From an uncultured virus (IMG/VR IMGVR_UViG_3300034021_000643) (lineage: Duplodnaviria; Heunggongvirae; Uroviricota; Caudoviricetes), in IMG/VR virus record IMGVR_UViG_3300034021_000643: a stretch of DNA of 58,817 bases; one strand, 5' to 3'. Numbering within the stretch: position 1 is the first letter of the stretch; every line of letters starts with the position of its first letter. Positions 30,915 to 40,638 of this stretch are shown piece after piece. The notes under the pieces are model-generated. The model was not told where the DNA came from, did not search any database, and saw only the letters and a program-made list of their open reading frames with translations. A program made the position numbers and the translations under genes.

Positions 30915-32372
30915 ATGATAAAAACATACGATTACGAAGTGCAAAAATTATATCTTGAACTCATGCTGGCAGATGCAGAAGTATTTGTTCGATGTCAAGG
31001 TATTTTTGATCACAGCCTGTTTGATCGCAAACTACAAGATGCAGCAGAATTCATAAATGAATATGCCAAGGGCTATAATGTATTGCCAGACTATGAAATG
31101 GTCAATGCCACCTGTAGAACTGAACTTAAACGACCCGACGATCTCAAAGATGGTCATATGGATTGGTTCATGGACGAATTCGAAAAGTTCACTCAACACA
31201 AGGCATTAGAACGTGCTATTATTGAAAGTGCTGATTTATTAGAAAAACATGACTACGGAGCAGTAGAAGTATTGATCAAAGAAGCTGTGCAGATTGGTCT
31301 TGCTCGAGACATGGGCACAGACTATTTTGCTGATCCCCGTGGAAGATTGATGGGCATCAAAGACAAAAACGGTCAAGTGAGCACAGGATGGCCCTGTATG
31401 GATCGTAAACTGTTTGGCGGAATGAATCGAGGAGAGTTGAACATCTTTGCAGGCGGGTCAGGTGCAGGTAAATCCTTATTCTTGGCTAATCTAGGCGTGA
31501 ACTGGGCATTGGCAGGATTAAATGTGGTATACCTAACTCTTGAACTTTCAGAAGCACTAGTTAGTATGCGTATTGATGCAATGATCACCGGAACGTCAAC
31601 CAAGGATATTTTCAAAGAGCTAGATGATGTTGAAATGAAAGTTAAAATGATTGGCAAGAAGTCAGGTATGTTGCAGATCAAATACATGCCTAGCGGCAAG
31701 ACTGCCAACGACATTCGTGCATATTTGAAAGAATATGAAATCAAAGTAGGCAAGAAAGTCGATGTGCTGTTGGTTGATTATTTGGACTTGTTGATGCCAG
31801 TGAGCAAGAAAATTAGTCCAGCAGACTTGTTTATCAAAGACAAGTATGTGTCAGAAGAACTTCGTAACCTAGCAGTAGAAAAGAACTGTGTATTTGTCAC
31901 CGCGGCACAGTTGAATCGAGGCGCTGTTGAAGAAGTTGAATTTGATCACAGTCACATTTCAGGCGGTTTGTCAAAGATTCAAACTGCGGATAACGTGTTT
32001 GGTATCTTTACAAGCCGTGCCATGCGTGAGCGTGGTCGTTATCAAATACAGTTAATGAAGACACGCTCATCGAGTGGCGTGGGCATGAAGATTGATCTAG
32101 AGTTTAATCTTGAAAGTCTGCGAATCAGTGATCTTCCAGAAGATGAACAAGAAAGTCACAACGGCGCAGGACGCGGTGGATCCAGCATTATTGAACAGAT
32201 CAAACGCAAGACCGAACTTACTTCACGTGAAGAGCCCGGTGACAGCAAACCTAGTTGGGAACGTGCTGAACCCAAAGACGGATTCAGCCTAGATAAACCC
32301 AAGGTGCGAGCACAGGTAGAAAGCACCAAACTACGTGAAATATTAAACAGCATGAACACAGATGAAGAGTAG
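30915..32372 (+). CDS. gp41: Replicative DnaB-like helicase
   Basis: GGSGAGKS Walker A, LVDYLDL, AAQLNR, MKTR. Confidence 0.92.
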   Translation: MIKTYDYEVQKLYLELMLADAEVFVRCQGIFDHSLFDRKLQDAAEFINEYAKGYNVLPDYEMVNATCRTELKRPDDLKDGHMDWFMDEFEKFTQHKALERAIIESADLLEKHDYGAVEVLIKEAVQIGLARDMGTDYFADPRGRLMGIKDKNGQVSTGWPCMDRKLFGGMNRGELNIFAGGSGAGKSLFLANLGVNWALAGLNVVYLTLELSEALVSMRIDAMITGTSTKDIFKELDDVEMKVKMIGKKSGMLQIKYMPSGKTANDIRAYLKEYEIKVGKKVDVLLVDYLDLLMPVSKKISPADLFIKDKYVSEELRNLAVEKNCVFVTAAQLNRGAVEEVEFDHSHISGGLSKIQTADNVFGIFTSRAMRERGRYQIQLMKTRSSSGVGMKIDLEFNLESLRISDLPEDEQESHNGAGRGGSSIIEQIKRKTELTSREEPGDSKPSWERAEPKDGFSLDKPKVRAQVESTKLREILNSMNTDEE

Positions 32373-32601
32373 TAGGTTTGAACTTTATCATTGGCACACA
32401 CGCAACGGTAAAGATATAATAGAAGTAGACTGGCCCAAAGTACATAAAACTGTAGGAGTAGATCTAATAAATTGGATCAATAAACAGCCCAAAGAAAAAT
32501 GTCAGTTAGTTGTAGATAAACTCAACGACGATTTCAAGCTCGTAGCAGAATTCTACGATCAGCAAACACTATTAGCTTATCACTTAATGTGGGCTAAATA
32601 A
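32362..32601 (+). CDS. Hypothetical protein
   Basis: Overlaps helicase end. Confidence 0.6.
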   Translation: MKSSRFELYHWHTRNGKDIIEVDWPKVHKTVGVDLINWINKQPKEKCQLVVDKLNDDFKLVAEFYDQQTLLAYHLMWAK

Positions 32602-32604
32602 TGG

Positions 32605-32964
32605 ATGCGAGCAAAAGAGTTTATCAATGAGACTACAAAACCCTTACGTAAAAGTGCTAAGGCTAGTATCAGCAGTCTCCGTAAAAACACATATCTAGAC
32701 AACAATAATAATCCCTATCTAGCCTATAGAATGGGTGTGGCTATGGCTGGCAGTCCAGGATCCACGATGGATCAGGAAGGTCCTCTAGGCAGTAACTTTA
32801 TCACGGTGGACTATTCAGAAGGCGACGCAGCAATTCGACGCAGCGCCGAAAAACTAATGGGTGCACCTAGTCAAGAAGTCACTGGTAAAGGCTCAGAAGA
32901 AACAAACAATGTTAATACACAGAGCACAGTAGCTGTGGTTAAACGTAATCGCTACGGAGTTTGA
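32605..32964 (+). CDS. Hypothetical, possible head-internal protein
   Basis: N-terminus MRAKEFINE resembles a capsid-targeting sequence; late promoter. Confidence 0.65.
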   Translation: MRAKEFINETTKPLRKSAKASISSLRKNTYLDNNNNPYLAYRMGVAMAGSPGSTMDQEGPLGSNFITVDYSEGDAAIRRSAEKLMGAPSQEVTGKGSEETNNVNTQSTVAVVKRNRYGV

Positions 32965-32965
32965 T

Positions 32966-33676
32966 ATGCGACTGCGAGAATTTTCCCAAACAGATTTTGT
33001 CACGGTAAACTCAGAGCTGAATCCCAAGCTATGGCAAGGCGGGAGACTGGACGGTGAAGTTCGTCTTAAACTCTTGCAGATTGCTCGTGCATTTGTGGAT
33101 TTTGTGGGTGTAGATCTAGATGTCAAAGACTACACCATAACTGGATCAAATGCCAATTATACCTGGAGCAAATACAGCGACCTTGATCTACATGTGATCA
33201 TTGAAGGTGAAGTCTCAGATGCACAAAGAGAGCTGTTTTCAGCAAAAAAGGCACTGTGGGCAGAATACCATGATATCACTGTCAAAGGCCTGCCTGTGGA
33301 ATGTTATGTGCAAGGTGAATCAGAAACACATCACAGCACAGGTGTCTACAGCGTGGTCAATAACACATGGATTCTCAAGCCTCAGAAGACAGAACCTGAT
33401 CTAGACGATCAAGCAGTGGAAGCTAAAAAAGACAGCATGCTCTCGCAGATAGAACAGGCTCTGCTGTCAAAAGATCTCGACAAGCTGAGAACCGTCAAAG
33501 ACAAGATTACTACCATGCGCCGAGCTGGGCTTGATCGTGCTGGGGAATACTCGGTGGAAAATGTGGTGTTTAAGATCCTGCGCAATCTAGGACTGATAGA
33601 TCAAATCACAGACAAGATCCGTGAATTGGAAGATCAAGAACTCAGTTTAGAACAGCAGACTAATATACTCGACTAA
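32966..33676 (+). CDS. Pol-beta-superfamily nucleotidyltransferase
   Basis: TGSNANYTWSKYSDLDLH (GS-x-DxD), PVECYVQ. Confidence 0.75.
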   Translation: MRLREFSQTDFVTVNSELNPKLWQGGRLDGEVRLKLLQIARAFVDFVGVDLDVKDYTITGSNANYTWSKYSDLDLHVIIEGEVSDAQRELFSAKKALWAEYHDITVKGLPVECYVQGESETHHSTGVYSVVNNTWILKPQKTEPDLDDQAVEAKKDSMLSQIEQALLSKDLDKLRTVKDKITTMRRAGLDRAGEYSVENVVFKILRNLGLIDQITDKIRELEDQELSLEQQTNILD

Positions 33677-33734
33677 ATATCCCTGCGTGTGAGGCGATCT
33701 GAGCTAGGCCTAAATCAACCCAAAGGAGATTTAG

Positions 33735-34598
33735 ATGGCCAGAATCAAAAAGCAGGAAGCAGCCCCTGTAGAAAACAAAACGGATCACGACACGATTCGT
33801 GAGCTGCAAGAAGAACTAAAATTCCTACGTATAGAGCGCGAAAGCCGTTCTCAGGATCCTGATCAGATCCGCAGACAGCAAGAACTGGTTGCTCGTAATA
33901 CTCGACGTGCCTGGGATTCAGAAGCTCTGGTACAGTTCAATGTAGCCCAGGTACAAGTAGCACGATCGATTGTCGAAGAAAATGTTACTGATGCTATGCA
34001 GAGCTATACCATCAATGCTGGCGGCAATCGTGAGCTGATTATGCGTACCACAGACGATGTCTATCGTAATCGCATGATGATGTTGACACAGCTACAACCA
34101 CAGAATCCACAACAGGCATTGTTCCAGGATTCGATGATTACCAAAACTAAACTGGATTATCTACATCATCGTAATCATGTCAATCAAGAAATGGTAGAGA
34201 TCATCAAAGAAATGGCAGCAGCTATCCGTGCTATTGGAGATGTGTCAGAGCGTTTCTATGCTGTCAACGAGCTGATGGTAGAACACTGTGATGACATCAG
34301 CAACGAGAATGCAGTCTGGTTTGATGGCGAACTAGATCGCACGATGAAGGCATCTACCGCAGACGGTAATGCAGAGCGTGTAACCGCATCGGAAACTGAA
34401 ACCGATATTCTACTCAAAGCAGCAGAAATCAACAAGTTAGAAATCCGTGCTCTAGCAGGACTAGCAGACAGCCTAGGTGATCATCTACAAGAATGCCAGG
34501 ATCACGGCAATGAACTCCGAGACGAAGTTATTAATCTCAGAGAAAAAGTAGACGGTACACAGAAGCGCATTGCTAATCGTATCGCTCCCGGGAAATGA
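33735..34598 (+). CDS. Coiled-coil hypothetical protein
   Basis: RBS aaggag; helical heptad-like 287 aa. Confidence 0.75.
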   Translation: MARIKKQEAAPVENKTDHDTIRELQEELKFLRIERESRSQDPDQIRRQQELVARNTRRAWDSEALVQFNVAQVQVARSIVEENVTDAMQSYTINAGGNRELIMRTTDDVYRNRMMMLTQLQPQNPQQALFQDSMITKTKLDYLHHRNHVNQEMVEIIKEMAAAIRAIGDVSERFYAVNELMVEHCDDISNENAVWFDGELDRTMKASTADGNAERVTASETETDILLKAAEINKLEIRALAGLADSLGDHLQECQDHGNELRDEVINLREKVDGTQKRIANRIAPGK

Positions 34599-34792
34599 TT
34601 TTTCCAGATAAACCTAGACCGCCTTGGACTAAGAGCCAGCCCTTAAAGCTGGCGCAGCAACGTCCAGAACCTCAACCTGCGACAGTAGAAAAATCACAGC
34701 GTCCTAGAGGATATTGGCGTGAGCGTATAGAGTTTGCTGTGATAGTCATCGGCATGTATTTTTGGATACAATTTTGGACTCAGTATCAATAG
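34595..34792 (+). CDS. Small membrane protein
   Basis: ATGA-coupled; C-terminal hydrophobic segment. Confidence 0.55.
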   Translation: MIFPDKPRPPWTKSQPLKLAQQRPEPQPATVEKSQRPRGYWRERIEFAVIVIGMYFWIQFWTQYQ

Positions 34793-35015
34793 TTTTCAAT
34801 CCTAGAACCACGGACTTGATCTTGCCTCATCGACGGTGGAGTAGGATCAAGAGAATCAGGTCAGGATTGAGATCTATACGGCGCTGTTATCCTTGGATTA
34901 GATTTACAGAAACCAGACAACATAATATCATTACTGTGGTTTTTGAAACTGGGTCGATGTTGACCCAGTTTGCTCTGATATGGCGTTCAACGTGGCCCGA
35001 TTGGCACAGGCTGGA

Positions 35016-35714
35016 CTAGTCTTTTCTATCGCCGAACAACTGCAAGAGATTTAGGAACAGGTTGATAAAGTCCATGTAAAGGGTCAATGCACCCGATACT
35101 TCTACCGCATCACTGGTATCCACTGAAACCATTTCACGTATCTTTTGTGTGTCGTAGGCAGTTAGTCCAAGGAAGATGACAATTGCCAATGCTGAGATCA
35201 CCATCTGCATGACTGTGCTACCAATAAAGATATTAACAATGCTGGCAATGATGATGGCTATCAAACCCACAAACATGAACTTGCCCATGCTGTCTAGATT
35301 CTGTTTGGTAAAGTATCCATATCCGCTCATCACGGCAAACAAGACGGCTGCTCCCATGAATGCACTAACAATGCTGCCCATGGTAAACACTGCAAAAATC
35401 ATTGCAAAGCTCAAGCCCATCAAGGCCGCAAAACCATGTAGGCATAACTGCGCTACACCTTTGCTGGGATTGTTACCTAGCACATAGCTGACGCCAAATA
35501 TGGCGGCCAGGGGTGCAAAGATCACGATCCATTTTAGCACACCTGTGAAGAAGAATTGCAGCAGCTCAGGTGTGGTGCCCACCCAAAAACTCACCAACAT
35601 TGATACTATGACTGCTAGACTCATGTGTCCGTAGACACGGCCCATGGCTGCGTTGACTTGTTCTGCTGAGCGGTAACTTAATACGTCCCCGCCTGTGTAA
35701 TTTGTTCCGAACAT
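35016..35714 (-). CDS. Bax inhibitor-1/YccA family membrane protein
   Basis: About 7 TM segments; YDTQKI, GALTLYMDFINLF; RBS aaggag; TTGACT-N17-TATAAT promoter (35746-35774). Confidence 0.9.
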   Translation of the reverse strand: MFGTNYTGGDVLSYRSAEQVNAAMGRVYGHMSLAVIVSMLVSFWVGTTPELLQFFFTGVLKWIVIFAPLAAIFGVSYVLGNNPSKGVAQLCLHGFAALMGLSFAMIFAVFTMGSIVSAFMGAAVLFAVMSGYGYFTKQNLDSMGKFMFVGLIAIIIASIVNIFIGSTVMQMVISALAIVIFLGLTAYDTQKIREMVSVDTSDAVEVSGALTLYMDFINLFLNLLQLFGDRKD

Positions 35715-35846
35715 TTTGAACTCCTTTGTGGTTGCTGTATATTTAATTATACTGTATAATATACTAACAGTCAACATGTGATTTTGACAAAAACCGCCAA
35801 ATCACACCGATATCAATAAATACGCATATAATAGGAACCACCCATC

Positions 35847-36284
35847 ATGCTACACATCATCACAGACCTTAGAGATAACCTGCTTGATCTAATCAAAGAC
35901 GATCCAGTAAGACCCGAACTGCCTGCAGAGTTTCGAGTCAACAACAATTCTCGAATTTTTGTGCTGAGGGATGATCAAACACAACAACCCCTAGCAGTGA
36001 CCTGTGTGAAGTTTCTCAGTGAGATTCCGCAGGATGTCGATGATCTAGCAGATCTTGCAGTAAACACCAATACTGCTGTGTTCTATACCATATGGTCATA
36101 TGCTGCAGGTGCAGGGCGTAGATTGATTCAAGAAGCACAGCGGGAAATCCAACGTGAGCAGCCTGAGATCAATACCTATGTGACTCTGAGTCCCAAGACT
36201 GAAATGGCTCGTAGATTCCACTTGAAAAACGGTGCAGAAGTTTTTAGAGAAAACGCTGATACAGTGAACTATCTCTACAGATAA
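35847..36284 (+). CDS. GNAT-fold protein resembling the malonyl-CoA decarboxylase catalytic core
   Basis: TAVFYTIWSY..GAGRRLI..YVTLSP. Confidence 0.55.
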   Translation: MLHIITDLRDNLLDLIKDDPVRPELPAEFRVNNNSRIFVLRDDQTQQPLAVTCVKFLSEIPQDVDDLADLAVNTNTAVFYTIWSYAAGAGRRLIQEAQREIQREQPEINTYVTLSPKTEMARRFHLKNGAEVFRENADTVNYLYR

Positions 36285-36494
36285 TCAACTGCGAACTGAT
36301 GGGGTATACAGTTTTACAAAGCCCTGCCACGTTTCACCGGTTCTAGCTGTCATTCGTTGCGCCAACTGCGCAGCCATGTCTTCGGCTAACACACGTTGAC
36401 GCTGCGTGAATCTGTCGCCAGTGAGATCTTGATTTTTCACAGTTTGCCCGGTAATCATGTTGCGGGCCATGGGTAATAGGAATTGTTCGCTCAT
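36285..36494 (-). CDS. Hypothetical protein
   Basis: TAAATA 5 nt upstream of ATG. Confidence 0.65.
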   Translation of the reverse strand: MSEQFLLPMARNMITGQTVKNQDLTGDRFTQRQRVLAEDMAAQLAQRMTARTGETWQGFVKLYTPSVRS

Positions 36495-36528
36495 ACAGAT
36501 ATTTATCTTCTAGAATCAACTATACAGG

Positions 36529-37137
36529 TCATTTGATATTCAACCATTTTAGATCGCTTCTACTGCCAATCTCCCCTCGAACAAACACATTAAATGCTAG
36601 ACTGACGCGAGTGTGATCGTTGTTTGTTGGTATAACACCGTGACACAACGACGACGGGAATATAACAATGTCTCCTGTGCCCACAGGAACCCACCAAGTT
36701 TCTGAATTAAACGGATTATAACTAGTTGATCCTAGGTCAATGGCCACGTATCGATCTTTGAAAAAATGAATCTTGTCCATGTCTTTTTTGGCATGGATAT
36801 AAAACACTCCGCTCAAAATGCTGTTGCTGTGAGCATGCCTATGGTGCTGTTGACCTTTGTTGGTAAAATTCAACCAGCTCAGTGTGATGTAAGGTTCCAC
36901 AGTATCCGGCACAGCAAGGATGTTTTTCATGTAGAACTTGGTCTTGTCTAAACAAAACTGTTTTAACGCTGCAAATTCAGGACGTTCTAAAATTTCAGAA
37001 CTAATGCTGGTGGTGTTTTCAGCATTGCCTCTTGTTTGGGACTGAAGTTTAGAAAACGATGCCTGCTCAGCATCAGTGAAATCTTTGCCTAGATTATCTT
37101 GTAAAACTGCTGTGGGGAATAAATTTAAAATTTCCAT
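36529..37137 (-). CDS. Putative 2OG-Fe(II) oxygenase (TIGR02466-like)
   Basis: LFPT, SWLN..HAHSNSILSGVFY, IFPSSLCHGV, RVSLAFN. Confidence 0.85.
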   Translation of the reverse strand: MEILNLFPTAVLQDNLGKDFTDAEQASFSKLQSQTRGNAENTTSISSEILERPEFAALKQFCLDKTKFYMKNILAVPDTVEPYITLSWLNFTNKGQQHHRHAHSNSILSGVFYIHAKKDMDKIHFFKDRYVAIDLGSTSYNPFNSETWWVPVGTGDIVIFPSSLCHGVIPTNNDHTRVSLAFNVFVRGEIGSRSDLKWLNIK

Positions 37138-37583
37138 TAACGATCCTTGCTACGCTTAATTATCCATAGGGATCAAGGTGGAGATTATTCCTTGCGAAGC
37201 GCAGCGCAAAATTTTTTTTGTGCAAAGCACACAGCGCAAGATTTTTTACAGTCTATGTTTTGGGCTCTACCTGCTCTATGTGCCCGCCCAAAGCACGACG
37301 ATATATTTCAGCACAGCTCAGCAGATTAAATGAAATAATCGCACCACTGGGCAATATCAAATTATAGCGCATGAGTTATTTACGTGACCAGCTATATACA
37401 CATATGCTAACTCTGATTGCCAGCACAGGTGAATACAACACCACAGTGGAAATACAAGGTCCCATGGGTGTGATACGCATACACGATCTAGTATGGTGTC
37501 CCCAAGATAGACCGGACATACTGTCAATATACTACTGGGAATCATGGGCAGTCATACAAGGTGCATATCACTGCTGCTTTAGT

Positions 37584-37778
37584 TTACCTGGTAAAGTTGC
37601 GCTGCTTGAACCATATGAGCCACGGTGTTAGGTGTGCTAGAAACATCACAAACCACATCACTGCCATTTCATAGGGCCAAGAACTGCATATGTGCATGGG
37701 ATTGAAGATGCTGTATATAAACCCTAGAAAGAACAAGGGAGCGGGTGACAGTGATAGAAAGTGATAGATGTTAGGCAT
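37584..37778 (-). CDS. Small membrane protein
   Basis: Two hydrophobic segments; TAAATA 4 nt upstream. Confidence 0.55.
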   Translation of the reverse strand: MPNIYHFLSLSPAPLFFLGFIYSIFNPMHICSSWPYEMAVMWFVMFLAHLTPWLIWFKQRNFTR

Positions 37779-37833
37779 CTTGTATTTACAGCTGAAATGG
37801 GTCTATGCACCTAAAAAAATCCTGCGCAGTTTT

Positions 37834-38103
37834 TTAAATGGCCCCTCGTAGTATGCTCATGGTGATCTCTGTATCAGCAATCTTATACACATTGTAGCAC
37901 TCTCGCCTAATGGGTTTTTGACTGGGTCGGCTTCTACGGCCACCTGCATCACTGGATAATGGCTGTAACTGTAGTTGATTGCTGGCATCATAGAGTTTTA
38001 AGACACGGGCTAGGATGATTCTATTGTGTTCAGTGACTAGGCAATGATCTCCGGGTGAGAGATGATGGCCTGCAAGGTCTCTGTGTTGTAAGGAATGATT
38101 CAT
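37834..38103 (-). CDS. Hypothetical protein
   Basis: 89-aa ATG ORF. Confidence 0.5.
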   Translation of the reverse strand: MNHSLQHRDLAGHHLSPGDHCLVTEHNRIILARVLKLYDASNQLQLQPLSSDAGGRRSRPSQKPIRRECYNVYKIADTEITMSILRGAI

Positions 38104-38260
38104 AGTAGAAAAAGAGTTTGAAGTTGAAAAAAACCAGCTGCGTAAAAAATTTGGGTGAGTTACTTATCATTTCAGGGTGGTGATTTGCTACCACTACTGT
38201 TGCTATTATACAACACTACATGCATAACCGGCCACCCCACCATGACCACCACCTGACCTC

Positions 38261-38473
38261 TCAACACCTCGGCGATTGTCCCGGACCGCAGCTTCGAAGA
38301 TGTCCGCAACATATCTTCTGAGCTGAACCTTCCCAATTGGGGATCTGATCGAACAGGCTCTGACCCCTCCTCAGATTGGGATCCCAAGGCGCATCCCTGC
38401 GATCGTGTGTAGCGCAGCCCGTTACTGTGCTAGCGGCTACTAATATGCTGCAGATAAGCAGTGATATCTTCAT
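38261..38473 (-). CDS. Small lipoprotein
   Basis: Signal peptide with lipobox VTGC. Confidence 0.6.
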   Translation of the reverse strand: MKISLLICSILVAASTVTGCATHDRRDAPWDPNLRRGQSLFDQIPNWEGSAQKICCGHLRSCGPGQSPRC

Positions 38474-38654
38474 CAATGTCCTCTATGGTATCTAGTTGTG
38501 CTGCTGTCATTAGCTCACGCATGGTCACAGCACGTTGTTTATATGCGGCGGGCATGGCGTTGACCAATACCTCTACTGCTTCTACTGTGTCACAGTTCCA
38601 CAACAGTGTGCAGATCTGCACGTCTTGTTTGGATAAGCCTTCTAGCCGGATCAT
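38430..38654 (-). CDS. Hypothetical protein
   Basis: RBS gaggtg; 74 aa. Confidence 0.65.
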   Translation of the reverse strand: MIRLEGLSKQDVQICTLLWNCDTVEAVEVLVNAMPAAYKQRAVTMRELMTAAQLDTIEDIDEDITAYLQHISSR

Positions 38655-38672
38655 GCTACACCTCGCAGGTAT

Positions 38673-38987
38673 TCAATCATGTTGGCCCAAGTGTTTGCAG
38701 GAACCTCTATACGTGAAGCCGGGACAGCTACACGAGTCTTCAGTGACTGTGTATACTTGCCCACTACTACCAATGACTGTTTTTGCATTTGATGCTTTCT
38801 TCGTTGTGAATGGATTGGGTTTTACTGGTTCAAACTTACGGCCTCTCTTGTCAAATCCTTTGATGGGATTCTTGAAGTAGAAGGCTTCGGTTTCGCCCTG
38901 TTTGATATACGATACTAGATTCGTGCCATCTACAAGGTATATGTGGGCGGGGAACTGGCCCCCTGTGATCTCTCTCAGTGCTTCCAT
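38673..38987 (-). CDS. SWIM zinc-finger protein
   Basis: YTV..SCSCPGFTYRGSCKH. Confidence 0.75.
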   Translation of the reverse strand: MEALREITGGQFPAHIYLVDGTNLVSYIKQGETEAFYFKNPIKGFDKRGRKFEPVKPNPFTTKKASNAKTVIGSSGQVYTVTEDSCSCPGFTYRGSCKHLGQHD

Positions 38988-38988
38988 G

Positions 38989-39174
38989 TTAGTCGAAGTA
39001 GTGTGCGTTACGGAAACCCAATGTGCCCGCATACATGCCTAGGAGGCCCAACACTGCCAACAACAATGAACCTGTGAGTTGCTCTGCATCTACGCTGGCC
39101 TCTACACCACCTACTGCACCCAGGGTGAGCAAGAGTCCTGCGATGAATACGAACATTGCTTGATTAGTTGTCAT
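38989..39174 (-). CDS. Small membrane protein
   Basis: Two TM segments; own sigma70 promoter (39206-39234). Confidence 0.65.
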   Translation of the reverse strand: MTTNQAMFVFIAGLLLTLGAVGGVEASVDAEQLTGSLLLAVLGLLGMYAGTLGFRNAHYFD

Positions 39175-39243
39175 TGTGTTTCCTTGTGTGTTTGTGTATG
39201 TGTTAATTATAGCGTCTTTTGGATAACCTGTCAACCACTAGGG

Positions 39244-39591
39244 TTAATCCAACCTACTTCCCGCATAGGCCTCAAAGCCATACTTCTCAAACACACCGGC
39301 TGCTGCTCTAGCACCTGCTTCCAGCGTGTCCACGTTCTGGCATCCAAACTTGGATGGATTCCACATCTCTAAGCCGCCTGAGTATGAAGGACGGATCCCG
39401 GCGGCCTTCAAGGCCCGGCCCAACTTGGTGTTGCCCTTGACACCGTAGATCTTCACCCAGGCAAAGCCGCATGCGAATTGATCCCTGCCGCCCAGCTCTT
39501 GGCGAAAGTATTGATCAGCTGCGGCGTGGGCAGCGAATTCAGCTTCGGCTACGATCATGGGGATCTGCTCTGGAGTTGCTGTGATAGTCAT
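39244..39591 (-). CDS. Hypothetical early protein
   Basis: CGFAWV motif; own promoter and RBS. Confidence 0.75.
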   Translation of the reverse strand: MTITATPEQIPMIVAEAEFAAHAAADQYFRQELGGRDQFACGFAWVKIYGVKGNTKLGRALKAAGIRPSYSGGLEMWNPSKFGCQNVDTLEAGARAAAGVFEKYGFEAYAGSRLD

Positions 39592-39641
39592 ATGTGTCCT
39601 TTGTGTGTATGTGTTAATTATACTACCGTTTTACCAAACTG

Positions 39642-39752
39642 TCAACCAAATATGATAGTGCCTATGCCTGCAGTCCACAGCAGGAGAGCCTGGGCAATGC
39701 CAAAGTGGAACAAGAACCATGTAACAGCGATCCATCCAATCAGTTTAACCAT
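39642..39752 (-). CDS. 36-aa membrane peptide (not in ORF track)
   Basis: MVKLIGWIAVTWFLFHFGIAQALLLWTAGIGTIIFG; promoter plus AGGAGCGG RBS. Confidence 0.6.
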   Translation of the reverse strand: MVKLIGWIAVTWFLFHFGIAQALLLWTAGIGTIIFG

Positions 39753-39865
39753 TGCCGCTCCTTTGTTGCTATGTGTTGATTATACAACCAAAAAGCCTCG
39801 ATGTCAACCCCACGAAGTGCCCAGGCGAGTTGCAGGGTCTAGTGGTAGGGTTGACACGTTGGCAA

Positions 39866-40252
39866 TTAGTCCACCCAGCTTTCTACCATCATCACGGGCT
39901 TTTTCAGCACACGCTTGACGAAATCCTCGGGCTCATCGTCAGTGCGCACTAACACGAATCCCATGCTTTCTACCAGGTCCACAGAGCAGATCTGAAGGTC
40001 CAAGCCTGCGGCCTCAAAGGCAATGTTCATCTTTGTAAGTGCATACTTGACGCCTGCGTCAAAGGCCGCATACTCACCGTCTGCTGTGTCCTCAAAGTCG
40101 AACTCCTGCTCCATAATGTTCACGTAGTCCTGACCGTCTGCTACGATGAACTTGCCGATCTTCTTCCAGTTGCTCTGCTTCTCGCTGTCAAAGTAGTCAC
40201 AGCACTCGTTAATGTCAAACGAGGCAAAGTTGTCATAATTTACTTTAGCCAT
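39866..40252 (-). CDS. Hypothetical early protein
   Basis: Promoter plus AGGAGCGAA RBS. Confidence 0.75.
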   Translation of the reverse strand: MAKVNYDNFASFDINECCDYFDSEKQSNWKKIGKFIVADGQDYVNIMEQEFDFEDTADGEYAAFDAGVKYALTKMNIAFEAAGLDLQICSVDLVESMGFVLVRTDDEPEDFVKRVLKKPVMMVESWVD

Positions 40253-40333
40253 TTGGTTCGCTCCTATTGCTTTGTTACTATGTGTGTATTATAACACCTT
40301 TTGGATAACCCGTCAACCACCCGGGTTATTGGA

Positions 40334-40540
40334 CTAGTAGCTTTGGTGACTGTGACCAATGCGGTAGACTTGTGTGCCCCGGGCAACCTCTTCGTCTTCA
40401 CCTTCTATGGTGTAGGCTTCTGGCAACATGATAGTTGCCAACTCGCCATAGCAGTAGTAACCGCTCTCGGTTACTACCAACTCTGCGTCCTGAGGCAATG
40501 CCTGCAATGCCTGGATCATGTGTGCTACTGTTATTGTCAT
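40334..40540 (-). CDS. Hypothetical early protein
   Basis: Promoter plus AGGAGCGAT RBS. Confidence 0.7.
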   Translation of the reverse strand: MTITVAHMIQALQALPQDAELVVTESGYYCYGELATIMLPEAYTIEGEDEEVARGTQVYRIGHSHQSY

Positions 40541-40638
40541 ATATCGCTCCTACTGTTTGTTTGTTGCTATGTGTGTATTATATGACAGATTGGCTGGGTT
40601 GTCAACCAAATTCAAATATAACCCTAGATCGAGTAGGG

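Noticed and set aside
4362..32372. Introns or inteins in uvsX, uvsW, primase or helicase
   Set aside because: ORFs are uninterrupted and of ordinary length, with no splicing motifs seen
90..33126. Short minus-strand ORFs inside the replication and glycan genes
   Set aside because: Antisense shadows; only 11163..12391 and 26805..27176 occupy their own space
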